Below, in pieces: positions 7,137-16,420 of a DNA stretch of 64,000 nt. Source of the stretch: an uncultured Gammaproteobacteria bacterium (GTDB lineage: Bacteria > Patescibacteriota > Patescibacteriia > UBA11705 > JABHMO01); contig CAZPYM010000003.1 of the NCBI GenBank assembly GCA_964590105.1, forward strand, positions 8,179-72,178, in the 5' to 3' direction. Each line of letters opens with the position of its first letter. Within the stretch, counting starts at the first letter, position 1. The notes beneath the pieces were generated by a model. The model saw nothing but the letters and a program-made list of their open reading frames with translations, was not told the DNA's origin and searched no databases. The translations under genes were made by a program, and so were the position numbers.

Positions 7137-10100
7137 ATGAAGGAAAAATCGCTGTTTGCGCAAAATGAAGAAAAAATAATTAATTATTGGGAAGAGAAAA
7201 ATATTTTCCAAAAAACTTTGGACAAAAAATCAGCCAAAGGCAATTTTATTTTTTTTGAAGGCCCGCCGACCGCCAATGGGAAACCTGGTATTCATCATAT
7301 TCTAGCGCGCGCTTTCAAAGATGTTATTCCGCGGTTCAAAACAATGCAAGGCTATCATGTTGAAAGAAAAGCCGGCTGGGATACGCACGGCCTGCCGGTT
7401 GAGCTTCAGGTTGAAAAAGAACTGAAAATTTCTGGTAAACCGGACATTGAAAAATATGGGATTGAAGAATTTAATACTAAATGCAAGGAAAGCGTTTGGA
7501 AATATAAAAAAGAATGGGAAGAAATGACTCGACGGATTGCTTTTTGGTTGGACATGGAAGATCCATATGTCACTTATTCCAATGATTATATTGAAACGCT
7601 GTGGTGGATTTTGAGTGAAGCAAATAAAAAGGGTTTGGTTTATAAAGGTTACAAAGTTGTTCCTCAATGTCCGCGTTGCGGCACGGCTCTTTCTTCGCAC
7701 GAAGTGGCACAAGGTTACAAAAACGTGGAGGAAAATTCAGTTTATCTTAAATTCAAAGTTAAAGGCGAACAAAATACTTATATTCTTTCGTGGACAACAA
7801 CGCCGTGGACATTGCCCGGAAATGTGGCGCTCGCAGTTGGAGAAAAAATTGATTATGTGAAAGTTGATTATCAGGGAGACAAATTAATTTTAGCCAAGGC
7901 TTTGATTAATGATGTTTTTGACGGGCCAGTAAAAGTTGTTGAAGAAATAAAAGGAGCAGATTTGGTTGGCTTGGAATATGAACCATTGTTCCCGGGCGCA
8001 TTAGATCCCGGCGACAAAAAAGCCTGGTACGTTGGCAAGGCGGATTTTGTTTCAATTACAGACGGCACGGGCGTGGTGCATACGGCGGTAATGTATGGTG
8101 AAGATGATTTTCAATTTGGTTTGGAAAATGATTTGCCGTTTGTTCATACTGTGGAAGAAGACGGGACGTTCAAGCCGAGTGTTGCAAAGTGGGCGGGAAA
8201 GTTTGTCAAAGATCCGGAAGTTGAAAAACAAATTGTTAATGATTTAAAAGAACGCGGTTTATTATTCAAGGAAAAAATATACGCGCATGATTATCCTTTT
8301 TGCTGGCGTTGCGACAGTCCGCTCCTTTATTACGCGAAAGATTCTTGGTTTATAAAAATGACAGCCTTGAAAAATGAGATGATTGATAATAATGAGCAAA
8401 CCAACTGGGTGCCTGAACATATTAAGCACGGTCGTTTTGGTGAATGGTTGGAAAATATCAAAGACTGGGCAATTTCGCGGCAGCGATATTGGGGTACGCC
8501 GATCCCGATCTGGGAATGCGAAGATTGCAAAGCGTTTGAAGTGATTGGTAGTTTTGAAGATTTGGGCCAAAAAGCGTGTAAAAAAATTACCAGCCTGCTT
8601 TTTGTGAGACATGCGGAGAGCGAGAAAAACGTTCTGGGTTTTAAATCCTGTAGCTTAGACAAGCATCCGCTCACGAAAAAGGGAATTAAACAGGCGGAGC
8701 AAATGTCCGGACAATTGAACAAAGTTGATTTAATTATTTCGTCGCCGGTTTTGCGGGCGAGGCAAACGGCGGAAATAATAAGTAAAAAACTAAAAGTGGA
8801 GGTTGTTTTTGACGAATTGATTTCTGAGCATAATGTCGGGAAGTGGAATGATATTTTGAAAGAGGATTTGGAGAAAGATAATAAAGAGTATGGCGAATAC
8901 AGCCAGTTGCAGGGAGAACGAAAATATGATTTCAAGTCCGGCATTGATGGAGAATCTCGCCGGGAAGTTGTGGCGCGGGCAGAAAAATTTATAAAGAACG
9001 TAGTATCAAAGTACGCTGGTAAAACGGTCCTGATTGTTGGGCACGGTTGTACCTACGGAGCCTTTTCCAAAGTAATAAATAATTGCAGTTATGAGGAGTT
9101 TTTCCAAAAAGAAAACATTAAATTCCAAAACGTAAAAAGTTTTCAATTGGATGAGGATGGAAAATTGTTTGATCCGCACAAGCCGTTCATTGATTCATAT
9201 GAGTACGGTTGCAAATGCGGTGGCCGGATGAAGCGCGTGCCGGATGTTTTTGATTGTTGGTTTGATTCCGGCGCCATGCCTTTTGCTCAGTATCATTATC
9301 CGTTTGAAAATAAAAAATTAATTGACGCGGGCGAGCAGTATCCAGCGGAATATATTTCCGAAGCAATTGATCAGACGCGGGGCTGGTTTTACACTTTGCT
9401 CGCGATTTCCACTTTGCTTGGCAAGGGCGCCTGTTATAAAAATGTGATTTGCCTGGGGCATATTCGCGATAAGGAAGGAAAGAAAATGAGTAAATCAAAA
9501 GGCAATGTTATTGATCCCATGACAATCATTGACCAGTATGGAGTTGATGCTTTGCGCATGCATTTGTATACGATCAATCAGCCGGGCGATCCAAAGAATT
9601 TTGATGAGAACTCGGTTAAAGATGTTTTGCGGAAAACTGTAATGCTTCTTGGAAACGTGGTTAACTTCTATATGATGTATGGGGAAGGTAAAAGTCCAAA
9701 GATAAAAGGTAAAAGTAATAATGTGCTGGATGTATGGATCGGAGCAAAATTAAATTTGTTGATTCAAGATGTGACAAAAGATTTGGAAGATTATCATATT
9801 TTCGAGGCGGCCAGAAATATTATTGAATTTATTGATGAGCTTTCGACCTGGTACGTGCGGCGTTCGCGCGAGCGATTTAAAGCTGAGGGCGAAGATAAGG
9901 AAAATGCGGTGGCAACTTTGAATTTAGTTTTGGGTGAACTGGTGAAATTAATCGCGCCGTTTATGCCATTTGCCGCGGAAAGTTTTTATCAGAAACTTGG
10001 CAATGAAAAAGAATCAGTCCATTTGGAAGACTGGCCGGTGTTTGATGAAAAATTAATTGATGAAACTGTTTTGAAAGACATGGAATTAGCTCGGCAAGTT

Positions 10101-10583
10101 GTTGAACTTGGATTGTCTGCGCGTGATGAAAAACAAATTAAGGTTCGACAGCCATTGCAAACACTTGAATACGATGGAAAGAAATTTGACAAGGATTTAG
10201 AACAAATAATTGCGGAAGAGCTGAATGTTAAAAACGTTGAAAATGTAAAAGTTGTACAAGGTGATAATTTGGTTATCAAAGAAGCGGGGGGCGTTGTAGT
10301 TGGATTAAACATTGAATTAACTGAAGAACTTAAACTTGAAGGACTGGTTCGTGAATTAACTCGTCAGATAAACAATCTTCGCAAAAATCAGGGATTAACC
10401 AGGGATGATCAGGTTAAATTGATTTATAGCACAGAGGGCGAGCAGTTGAAAAAACTTTTTGCCAATGCCGAATCAGTTGAAAGGTTGAAGCAGGCGACTT
10501 TGTTGTCCGGAGTTGAAGAGGGTAAGGGAGCGAATAAGGTTAAAGTGAATGATGAAGAGGTTGAAGTAGAACTATTGAAATAA
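7137..10583 (+). CDS. ileS: isoleucine--tRNA ligase (type 2 / eukaryote-like IleRS) with an inserted histidine-phosphatase (PGAM-like) domain
   Basis: The track ORF (6987..) begins inside the tRNA-Val; the ATG at 7137 (MKEKSLFAQNEEKIINYWEE) is the plausible start. Class I motifs are present: 'PTANGKPGIHH' (HIGH), 'WDTHGLP', 'WISRQRYWGTPIPIW', 'DCWFDSGAMPFAQ', 'GIDQTRGWFYT', 'KMSKSKGN'. Between 'IGSFEDL' and 'DPHKPFID...CKCGGRMKRVP' lies a roughly 190-aa insert containing 'LLFVRHAESEKN...PLTKKGIKQAEQ...SSPVLRARQTAEII...LIVGHGCTYGAF'. Confidence 0.9.
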   Translation: MKEKSLFAQNEEKIINYWEEKNIFQKTLDKKSAKGNFIFFEGPPTANGKPGIHHILARAFKDVIPRFKTMQGYHVERKAGWDTHGLPVELQVEKELKISGKPDIEKYGIEEFNTKCKESVWKYKKEWEEMTRRIAFWLDMEDPYVTYSNDYIETLWWILSEANKKGLVYKGYKVVPQCPRCGTALSSHEVAQGYKNVEENSVYLKFKVKGEQNTYILSWTTTPWTLPGNVALAVGEKIDYVKVDYQGDKLILAKALINDVFDGPVKVVEEIKGADLVGLEYEPLFPGALDPGDKKAWYVGKADFVSITDGTGVVHTAVMYGEDDFQFGLENDLPFVHTVEEDGTFKPSVAKWAGKFVKDPEVEKQIVNDLKERGLLFKEKIYAHDYPFCWRCDSPLLYYAKDSWFIKMTALKNEMIDNNEQTNWVPEHIKHGRFGEWLENIKDWAISRQRYWGTPIPIWECEDCKAFEVIGSFEDLGQKACKKITSLLFVRHAESEKNVLGFKSCSLDKHPLTKKGIKQAEQMSGQLNKVDLIISSPVLRARQTAEIISKKLKVEVVFDELISEHNVGKWNDILKEDLEKDNKEYGEYSQLQGERKYDFKSGIDGESRREVVARAEKFIKNVVSKYAGKTVLIVGHGCTYGAFSKVINNCSYEEFFQKENIKFQNVKSFQLDEDGKLFDPHKPFIDSYEYGCKCGGRMKRVPDVFDCWFDSGAMPFAQYHYPFENKKLIDAGEQYPAEYISEAIDQTRGWFYTLLAISTLLGKGACYKNVICLGHIRDKEGKKMSKSKGNVIDPMTIIDQYGVDALRMHLYTINQPGDPKNFDENSVKDVLRKTVMLLGNVVNFYMMYGEGKSPKIKGKSNNVLDVWIGAKLNLLIQDVTKDLEDYHIFEAARNIIEFIDELSTWYVRRSRERFKAEGEDKENAVATLNLVLGELVKLIAPFMPFAAESFYQKLGNEKESVHLEDWPVFDEKLIDETVLKDMELARQVVELGLSARDEKQIKVRQPLQTLEYDGKKFDKDLEQIIAEELNVKNVENVKVVQGDNLVIKEAGGVVVGLNIELTEELKLEGLVRELTRQINNLRKNQGLTRDDQVKLIYSTEGEQLKKLFANAESVERLKQATLLSGVEEGKGANKVKVNDEEVEVELLK

Positions 10584-10652
10584 TTTGCAGGTAAATATAA
10601 AAAAGAATGGGATTTTCCCGTTCTTTTTTATTAGCGGAAATAGTTAGTCTGA

Positions 10653-11918
10653 TTATTTTTTATATAATTTCCTAAATATTTTCGTTTCGCCGGCTTTTTT
10701 AAGGGCACTTAAAAATCTTGACCTTAGTTGTTCATTGGCGATCAAAAATTTTGCGGGACTTAGCGCGAGCAAAATACCCAGAAGGCGACGCAAGAGCTCA
10801 TTTGTCCATAGGGCATAATTGTCAAAAATATAATTTTGCAGTTTGCCTTTTTCAATAGCATTCAAAACACATCTTTCAAAAGTATTTTTTGGAACAAAGG
10901 CGGTTTTTGGGCGTCTTTTTATTTCAATCGCCTTGGTATTGCAATCTCGATGACAGACACCGCAACCCAGGCATTCGGATAAATCAATTTCCGCTTTTTT
11001 ATTTTTAATTTTAATAATTTCAAGCGGACATTTCTGGGCGCACAGTCCGCAACCGGTGCATTTTTCTAAATTAACTTCAGCAAAAAAACTGCTGCTCAGC
11101 CGATCATAATCACCGATTTTTTTGTACGCCAATATCGCCTCGCAACAACAGCCGCAGCAATTGCAAATCCAGCCCACACCCTCTTGGGTATTGTCGCCGA
11201 TCTGAACGAGACCATAATCAACGCACTGGTCCAGTATCCGGTGAGATTCTTCCCTGGAAATTTTTCTGGCAATGCCGTGTTTAGTCAAGGTTTTTGCGGC
11301 GTTATTAAAAGTCAGGCAAACATCCTGCGGTGCCTCGCACGCTTTGCCTATGTGTTCCATTTTGTGTCGGCAATAACAGATGCCCACTGCGTGGCAAGTT
11401 GCAGTATTAATTACTTCACTGGCTTTTTCATAATTAAGAATTTCGGAATTTTCGGTCAGGCTTTTTTCGTGAACAAAGGTGCGCGCCATAGAAGTTTTTT
11501 GATTCATGGTTTGCTCGACAAAGTCATCCTCTACATTAATATATTGATAATAAAGCTCTGACAATACCTGGCGGTCAAACTTGCCGTCCGTTCTCATCAG
11601 GGAAAATTCAAAAAACCCGGCCATGGTCGGTGCCATTGTATAGGTTTGGTTTTTCCCATCATAAATATCGAATAAAATTCCTTTATCTGCCAGCTCGTTT
11701 AGAGTTTTTTGAGCTTCAGTCGCTGAAGTCTCCCAGCGTTTAGCGGCCAGCTCAACTGAAAATGGTTTTATCGGCAATAGTGAAACTTTTTCAGCTTCGT
11801 CTTTGGTAAATAAGATTTCCAGAATTTTAAACAACGTTTCTGACTCGGGCGCGCCTTGGGCATTCATGTCAAGACGTTTTTGAAGTTTTAAAAATGATTT
11901 GGAGGTTATGTGGCCCAT
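10653..11918 (-). CDS. 4Fe-4S cluster-binding protein (two ferredoxin-type CxxCxxCxxxCP motifs plus an extra Cys cluster)
   Basis: 'CTGCGLCAQKCP', 'CLGCGVCHRDC' and 'CNCCGCCCE' are present; the N-terminal half is non-Cys. Confidence 0.6.
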   Translation of the reverse strand: MGHITSKSFLKLQKRLDMNAQGAPESETLFKILEILFTKDEAEKVSLLPIKPFSVELAAKRWETSATEAQKTLNELADKGILFDIYDGKNQTYTMAPTMAGFFEFSLMRTDGKFDRQVLSELYYQYINVEDDFVEQTMNQKTSMARTFVHEKSLTENSEILNYEKASEVINTATCHAVGICYCRHKMEHIGKACEAPQDVCLTFNNAAKTLTKHGIARKISREESHRILDQCVDYGLVQIGDNTQEGVGWICNCCGCCCEAILAYKKIGDYDRLSSSFFAEVNLEKCTGCGLCAQKCPLEIIKIKNKKAEIDLSECLGCGVCHRDCNTKAIEIKRRPKTAFVPKNTFERCVLNAIEKGKLQNYIFDNYALWTNELLRRLLGILLALSPAKFLIANEQLRSRFLSALKKAGETKIFRKLYKK

Positions 11919-12168
11919 AGATTTTCAATTGTTCGTGATAAAAATCAACTCAAAAGTAAAGTGATTGTATTTTAACTTAAATCCAAGATTTTTTCAATGA
12001 ATTGCCCGGGGTTTGTCGGTGGAGTTTGTGATTATAGAAGGAAATTAGTTAATCCTCGATAAATTGAAGTTTGAAAGAGTTGATAAAAAAATATATGGTT
12101 TTTTTGTTGTATAATTACCATAATTTTGGAGCCAAAATGGAAATATGTGCGTACGCATAATCCAGCCC

Positions 12169-12197
12169 TTGACAAAATTATAGTTATGTGCTATACT
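12169..12197 (+). promoter_or_regulatory. consensus promoter TTGACA-N17-TATACT
   Basis: ttgacaaaattatagttatgtgctatact, immediately upstream of a roughly 600-nt GC-rich non-coding stretch. Confidence 0.55.
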
Positions 12198-12203
12198 GTG
12201 GGC

Positions 12204-12808
12204 GCGATTGTAGCTGATGAGAGCTGGCTACGCAACGTCTTTGTGAAGGGCTTCGGCACCCTAAATATGGGGTGCGGGAGCATGGTCAAAAACCTGCGGC
12301 GAAAAAGGAGGAAAGAATGTGTCGATAGAGGAAGCGTCTCGGAATTGTAAGCCGCCGAGGCGTGGATACAGGGGATGAAAATTCCTGAGGGTTTACCGGC
12401 GCAAGTGCATAAGCGCGCAATATGTGCGTGGGATGTGGCCTGTTGGATCAGTGAAAGCAAGTAAGCGGCCAGCAAAAAACTGAATGCCGTTTGAAAGCAA
12501 GTAATTGGGTTAATGGGCTCCCTGGTGACAGGGAATGACTGCATCCATGTCGGAGTCTCTTTCCCGTGGCTCGCGGCGGCTGTAATAGTCCACCGTAAAT
12601 CGCACTGGGAAATGTCAGGTTCCGGCGCGTCGTTAGGTTCGCCACCAAAGCACTCGAGGCGCAAGTTTGTCAGCGGCGCTGTGCCGGTTAAACAGCGAAA
12701 CTGAATAGGTTTTTCCTGGACGCCGAGAATGAGATCAGGACTCCGGACGCGGAGGCAAATAATACGTTTCTGGGACGAGTCGCAACATGCGGCTCGTCCC
12801 AATTTTTT
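12204..12808 (+). ncRNA. rnpB: candidate RNase P RNA (bacterial type A-like), possibly with leader/insertions
   Basis: A GC-rich block of ~600 nt (~55% GC) with no convincing ORF, framed by the promoter and a strong terminator (GGGACGAG-tcgcaacatgcgg-CTCGTCCC-aaTTTTTTT, 12772-12809). Several segments resemble conserved E. coli M1 RNA regions:
- AGGAGGAAAG, near CR-I GGAAAG
- GGAUCAGUGAAAGCAAGUAAGCGG, compared with GGAUCAGGUAAGGGUGAAAGGGUGCGGUAAGAGCG
- GGCUGUAAUAGUCCACCGUAAAUCGCAC, compared with GGCUGGUAACAGUCCGUGGCACGGUAAACUCCAC
- ACAGCGAAACUGAAUAGG, compared with GCAAGGCCAAAUAGGGG
- CAGGACUCCGGAC, compared with ACAGAACCCGGCU
The P4 pairing could not be verified by hand. Confidence 0.5.
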
Positions 12809-12962
12809 TGTTTGTAAAAAATGAAGTTTGTGATAGTATTAAAGAAGATAAGGTGGACTTCTTGGCCGTGCGGCGGATCGCCGCAAAAGCGTTGTTGAAT
12901 TTATAGTTTTTAATTTTGGATTTTGTTTGGACTTTGGACTTTGAACTTTGAGTTTTAAAAAT

Positions 12963-13592
12963 ATGGACATTGGGATTGAAAGAGCTGTTACTAATTCAAA
13001 AAAAGGATTTTCCAGATTCGGGAGAAGAGTAATTTTTATTTTTTTGATTTTTTGTTTTATTGTTTTATTGATTTTGTGGCGCGTTCAGTTTAAATACAGT
13101 TACAAAATAATTAATGGTAATGATCTGACTCCGCCAAACATTGGTTTGGTTTTTGGCGCGGGGCTGAAAGCCAAGGGCGTGCCGGGAGCAGTTCTGGAAG
13201 ATCGAATTTTAACTGCGATTAAACTTTATCAGGACGGAAAGATCGGAAAGTTTATTTTTAGCGGCGACAACAGCACCGCCGGACATAATGAAGTAAAGGC
13301 CATGAAGAATCTGGCGATAGAACTGGGATTGCCGGAAGACGCTATTTTGGAAGACCATGCCGGCCTTAGTACGCGGGAAAGCTGTTTGCATGTGAAAGAA
13401 AATTTTGGATTAAGCGAAATAATTTTAATAACTCAGAAATATCATTTGCGTCGGGCGCTTTATACTTGTAATGAACTTGGAATTGACGCGGAGGGCGTAG
13501 CGGCGGAAAATCGCGGCTATCCTAATCAATGGAAATACAGCCTTCGCGAGCTTGGCGCCAGCGTAGCGGCGTGGCTTAAAATAAAAGGCTGA
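12963..13592 (+). CDS. DUF218 / YdcF-SanA family protein with N-terminal TM
   Basis: 'GDNSTAGHNEVKAMK' and 'LITQKYHLRRAL' are typical of the YdcF/ElyC fold. The ATG at 12963 is preferred over the upstream TTG at 12948. Confidence 0.6.
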   Translation: MDIGIERAVTNSKKGFSRFGRRVIFIFLIFCFIVLLILWRVQFKYSYKIINGNDLTPPNIGLVFGAGLKAKGVPGAVLEDRILTAIKLYQDGKIGKFIFSGDNSTAGHNEVKAMKNLAIELGLPEDAILEDHAGLSTRESCLHVKENFGLSEIILITQKYHLRRALYTCNELGIDAEGVAAENRGYPNQWKYSLRELGASVAAWLKIKG

Positions 13593-13667
13593 TTGGTTGT
13601 TGGCTGAGGCAGTTTCATTTTGATCAACCAATTAACCAATTAACTAATTAACCAATTAATAATAATT

Positions 13668-14609
13668 ATGACTGTAGAACAAATTTTCAACCTGGCAATT
13701 CAACTTGGAATCAAGGCTGACCTGCGCGGCGAGAAGCGCGTCTTGCATTTGCAAAAAAAGCTGAAAGAAAAATACGAAAAATTAACAGCGGACAAGAAAA
13801 AAGATTTTGACAAAAGTCGATTAGATAATCCGTATCCTGATTCGCAGATTTTGTTTGATTCAAAAAAAGAAGTTAAGAAAGTTTTGTGCGGCATTGATAT
13901 TGACACTTCAGAATTGCTGTTAGCCAAGGAATTGGGCGACATTGATTTGGTAATATCGCATCATCCTATTGGTAAGGGACTGGCTAATTTGGCGGACGTC
14001 ATGCCTTTGCAGGTGGAAGTTCTGGCGGATTACGGCGTGCCGATTAATATTGCGGAGGGCTGTTTTAAAATGCGAATTGACGAGGTGGCGCGCGGCGTCA
14101 GTCCGATCAATCATTACAAAACCGTTGATTCGGCGACTCTTTTGAAGATCAGCCTCATGTGCGCGCATACGCCGTGCGACAATTTAGTGGCGTCATTTTT
14201 GAAAGATAAAATTCTCCGTAAAAAATTTGAATATGTATCTGAGGTTCTGGAATTATTGGAAAGTATCCCGGAATATGCCGAAGCAAAAAAAAGAGGCGCG
14301 GGGCCCAGGTTGTTTGCCGGGTCGTCGGAAAATTTTTGCGGCAAAATCGCCTTGACCGAAATTACCGGCGGCACGGAAGGCTCGGCAAAAATTTATGAAA
14401 AAATGGCGCAGGCTGGGATCGGCACGATCATTGGCATGCATATGAGCGAGGAGCACAAAAAAGAAGCGGAAAAAAATCATATCAACGCCATTGTCGCCGG
14501 CCATATTTCTTCGGATTCAATCGGTGTGAATTTATTTTTGGATCAATTGGAGAAAAAAGGGATTAAAGTGATAACAAATTCCGGTTTGATTCGGGTGAAG
14601 CGGAAATAA
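13668..14609 (+). CDS. Nif3-like dinuclear metal centre protein (GTP cyclohydrolase 1 type 2 homolog)
   Basis: 'DLVISHHP' (metal-binding HH, compare E. coli YbgI 'VIVHHG') and C-terminal 'AGHISSDS' (compare AGHHATE). Confidence 0.65.
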   Translation: MTVEQIFNLAIQLGIKADLRGEKRVLHLQKKLKEKYEKLTADKKKDFDKSRLDNPYPDSQILFDSKKEVKKVLCGIDIDTSELLLAKELGDIDLVISHHPIGKGLANLADVMPLQVEVLADYGVPINIAEGCFKMRIDEVARGVSPINHYKTVDSATLLKISLMCAHTPCDNLVASFLKDKILRKKFEYVSEVLELLESIPEYAEAKKRGAGPRLFAGSSENFCGKIALTEITGGTEGSAKIYEKMAQAGIGTIIGMHMSEEHKKEAEKNHINAIVAGHISSDSIGVNLFLDQLEKKGIKVITNSGLIRVKRK

Positions 14610-14675
14610 TTAAATAGAGGATACAAAAAGATGCTGTTGAAAATTCAGCATCTTTTTTATTAAAGATGTTTGGGA

Positions 14676-15080
14676 TTAGTCTACGGTTTGGAGGATAGCT
14701 TGTGAAGAAACCGTCTGAGCTTTCCCTAAATATTTTTTATTCAGATCTTCGATTGCCAGATAATATTCATCCCAGAGGTTGTCTTTGCTTGTCAGGTCAG
14801 TCGGAGGAATAGCTTTTATTTTTAGGCGCAGAGCGTCGGCCAGAGCTTTTTTCTTTTGTTTTAATTCTAATGACAGTTCATCAAAGCCCGTACTGATTGT
14901 CGCTGTTGCGGTCAGCGCTTTTGTTGTCCTATTTTCAACTTCTCTCGCCAAGGCGGCATCGAGCGCCTGATAAAAAGAATCAGTAGCGCCTTCTTTTTCA
15001 AATAAATCAATAAAGGTCCTTTTTTCATCATCTGTTAAAAAGGAGGTATTAATGAAATCGATTATAGTTTTTTCTTCCAT
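14676..15080 (-). CDS. hypothetical protein
   Basis: 134-aa ORF immediately downstream of the 15082 gene on the same strand; acidic/helical; no motif. Confidence 0.45.
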   Translation of the reverse strand: MEEKTIIDFINTSFLTDDEKRTFIDLFEKEGATDSFYQALDAALAREVENRTTKALTATATISTGFDELSLELKQKKKALADALRLKIKAIPPTDLTSKDNLWDEYYLAIEDLNKKYLGKAQTVSSQAILQTVD

Positions 15081-15081
15081 A

Positions 15082-15951
15082 TTATTTTCTAAAAGTGTTT
15101 AGATACAAAGCTGCGGTTTTTCCGCTGGCCCCAAATAGTTTGGCGGCGGCGGCTGTGCCTGCGCCAAGAGCTTTTAGTGAAGATTTCATGGCTGAGAAAA
15201 AACCATTGAGATTCCTTTGTTGCAATACCTGCCACGCTCCGCCCAGAATACCGCCGAGCATTTTCATCGGCGCATCCAGGAGCATTACTTGTAACGATTC
15301 AGCGGAAGTTTTTTTGAGTTGTTCAAGGGATTTTTCAAATTGCAATTCCCTTCCAAACATTCGTTCGTGTTTTTCCAGGTTTTGTTTTGATTGAAAAAGT
15401 TTTCCGATATCAGCGCCCATTTCCGGATGGGATCGTAAAAGTGCTTCAAGGTCGTCCGTATTAGACATATTGCTTGTGATGTCCAGATTTAGGCGCCTTA
15501 ATAATCGATTCATCATTTCAATGTTTTCAGCTGAATCCTCAATAATCGCCCGGTCAGGTGCGTCGCCGTTAAATTTTTTTTGATAATATTTTTCTTGTTG
15601 TTTTTCCTGAGCCGCTGAAACAGAGAAAGTTAAATTGCGAAATACGGCCGGATTTTTAGCATCTGTTGTTGCCCTGTCTGTTGCTGATTTTGATAAAGTT
15701 TCATTAATTGCCGCTTGGAAATCGCGCCATTTTTTTGAATCAGAATCCAGGGCGCCAGTTCTGGTTTCCCGGCCGACGGAGCTAATGTAATCGTTAAAAA
15801 TTTTTTTTTCTGCAACTTCTCTTGTCGTGCCATGATCTCGCGCATAGTCATCAACCGTATTGCGGAATTTTACCTCCGGTCCGCGACCGACGATTTTTTC
15901 GCCGGTTTCCTTGAGAAATTTGCCTGCTTTTTCGAACACCATATGATTCAA
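15082..15951 (-). CDS. hypothetical protein
   Basis: 289-aa ORF with coiled-coil-like composition; no motif recognised. Confidence 0.45.
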   Translation of the reverse strand: MNHMVFEKAGKFLKETGEKIVGRGPEVKFRNTVDDYARDHGTTREVAEKKIFNDYISSVGRETRTGALDSDSKKWRDFQAAINETLSKSATDRATTDAKNPAVFRNLTFSVSAAQEKQQEKYYQKKFNGDAPDRAIIEDSAENIEMMNRLLRRLNLDITSNMSNTDDLEALLRSHPEMGADIGKLFQSKQNLEKHERMFGRELQFEKSLEQLKKTSAESLQVMLLDAPMKMLGGILGGAWQVLQQRNLNGFFSAMKSSLKALGAGTAAAAKLFGASGKTAALYLNTFRK

Positions 15952-16420
15952 GAATTATATCTGTAATATGTTTCGATTATAGCTGAAATAACTGTTGTTG
16001 TAAATAAGATTCGATCTTTATCGACTTATGACAAAAGAGTGGCGATTTCATCGTCTATGCCATAGAACCATTTGGATTTTATATAATGAAAAAGGTATTA
16101 TTGACAAATTGCAGCATTTTAGCTATTATTTAATGTTGACGTAACAGATTAAATTTAGTTTCGTCATATATAATGTATGAATTGGAATAAACACAATTAT
16201 CTTATGGTCATGGGCACTGATTGCACATCAGCTGCTGTTTTTGGCATTCAGCCGAAAACAAGCAAAGCTGGTTTGACCAGAAAGATTATTGGGATAATTG
16301 TGTTTAAATATTTAAACTAGATTCTTCTTCCATAACCAATAATGCGTCTGGCCGGATCGGCTTGACGCATTTTTGATTGCGTACAGGACGGTTTGCCAAA
16401 AAAACAATGGAGGTGTCGCT

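Noticed and set aside
12126-12802. ORFs 12126..12350 (+), 12191..12802 (-), 12448..12648 (-) and 12513..12704 (+)
   Set aside because: They overlap one another on both strands inside the GC-rich structured-RNA candidate. None has an RBS or a recognisable protein motif. High GC inflates ORF length by chance.
12204-12808. tmRNA (ssrA) as the identity of the 600-nt RNA
   Set aside because: There is no tRNA-Ala-like acceptor or T-arm at the ends (no GGGG..., ...UUCGA...CCACCA), and no tag-peptide frame ending in ...AA-stop could be found. The RNase P-like motifs fit better.
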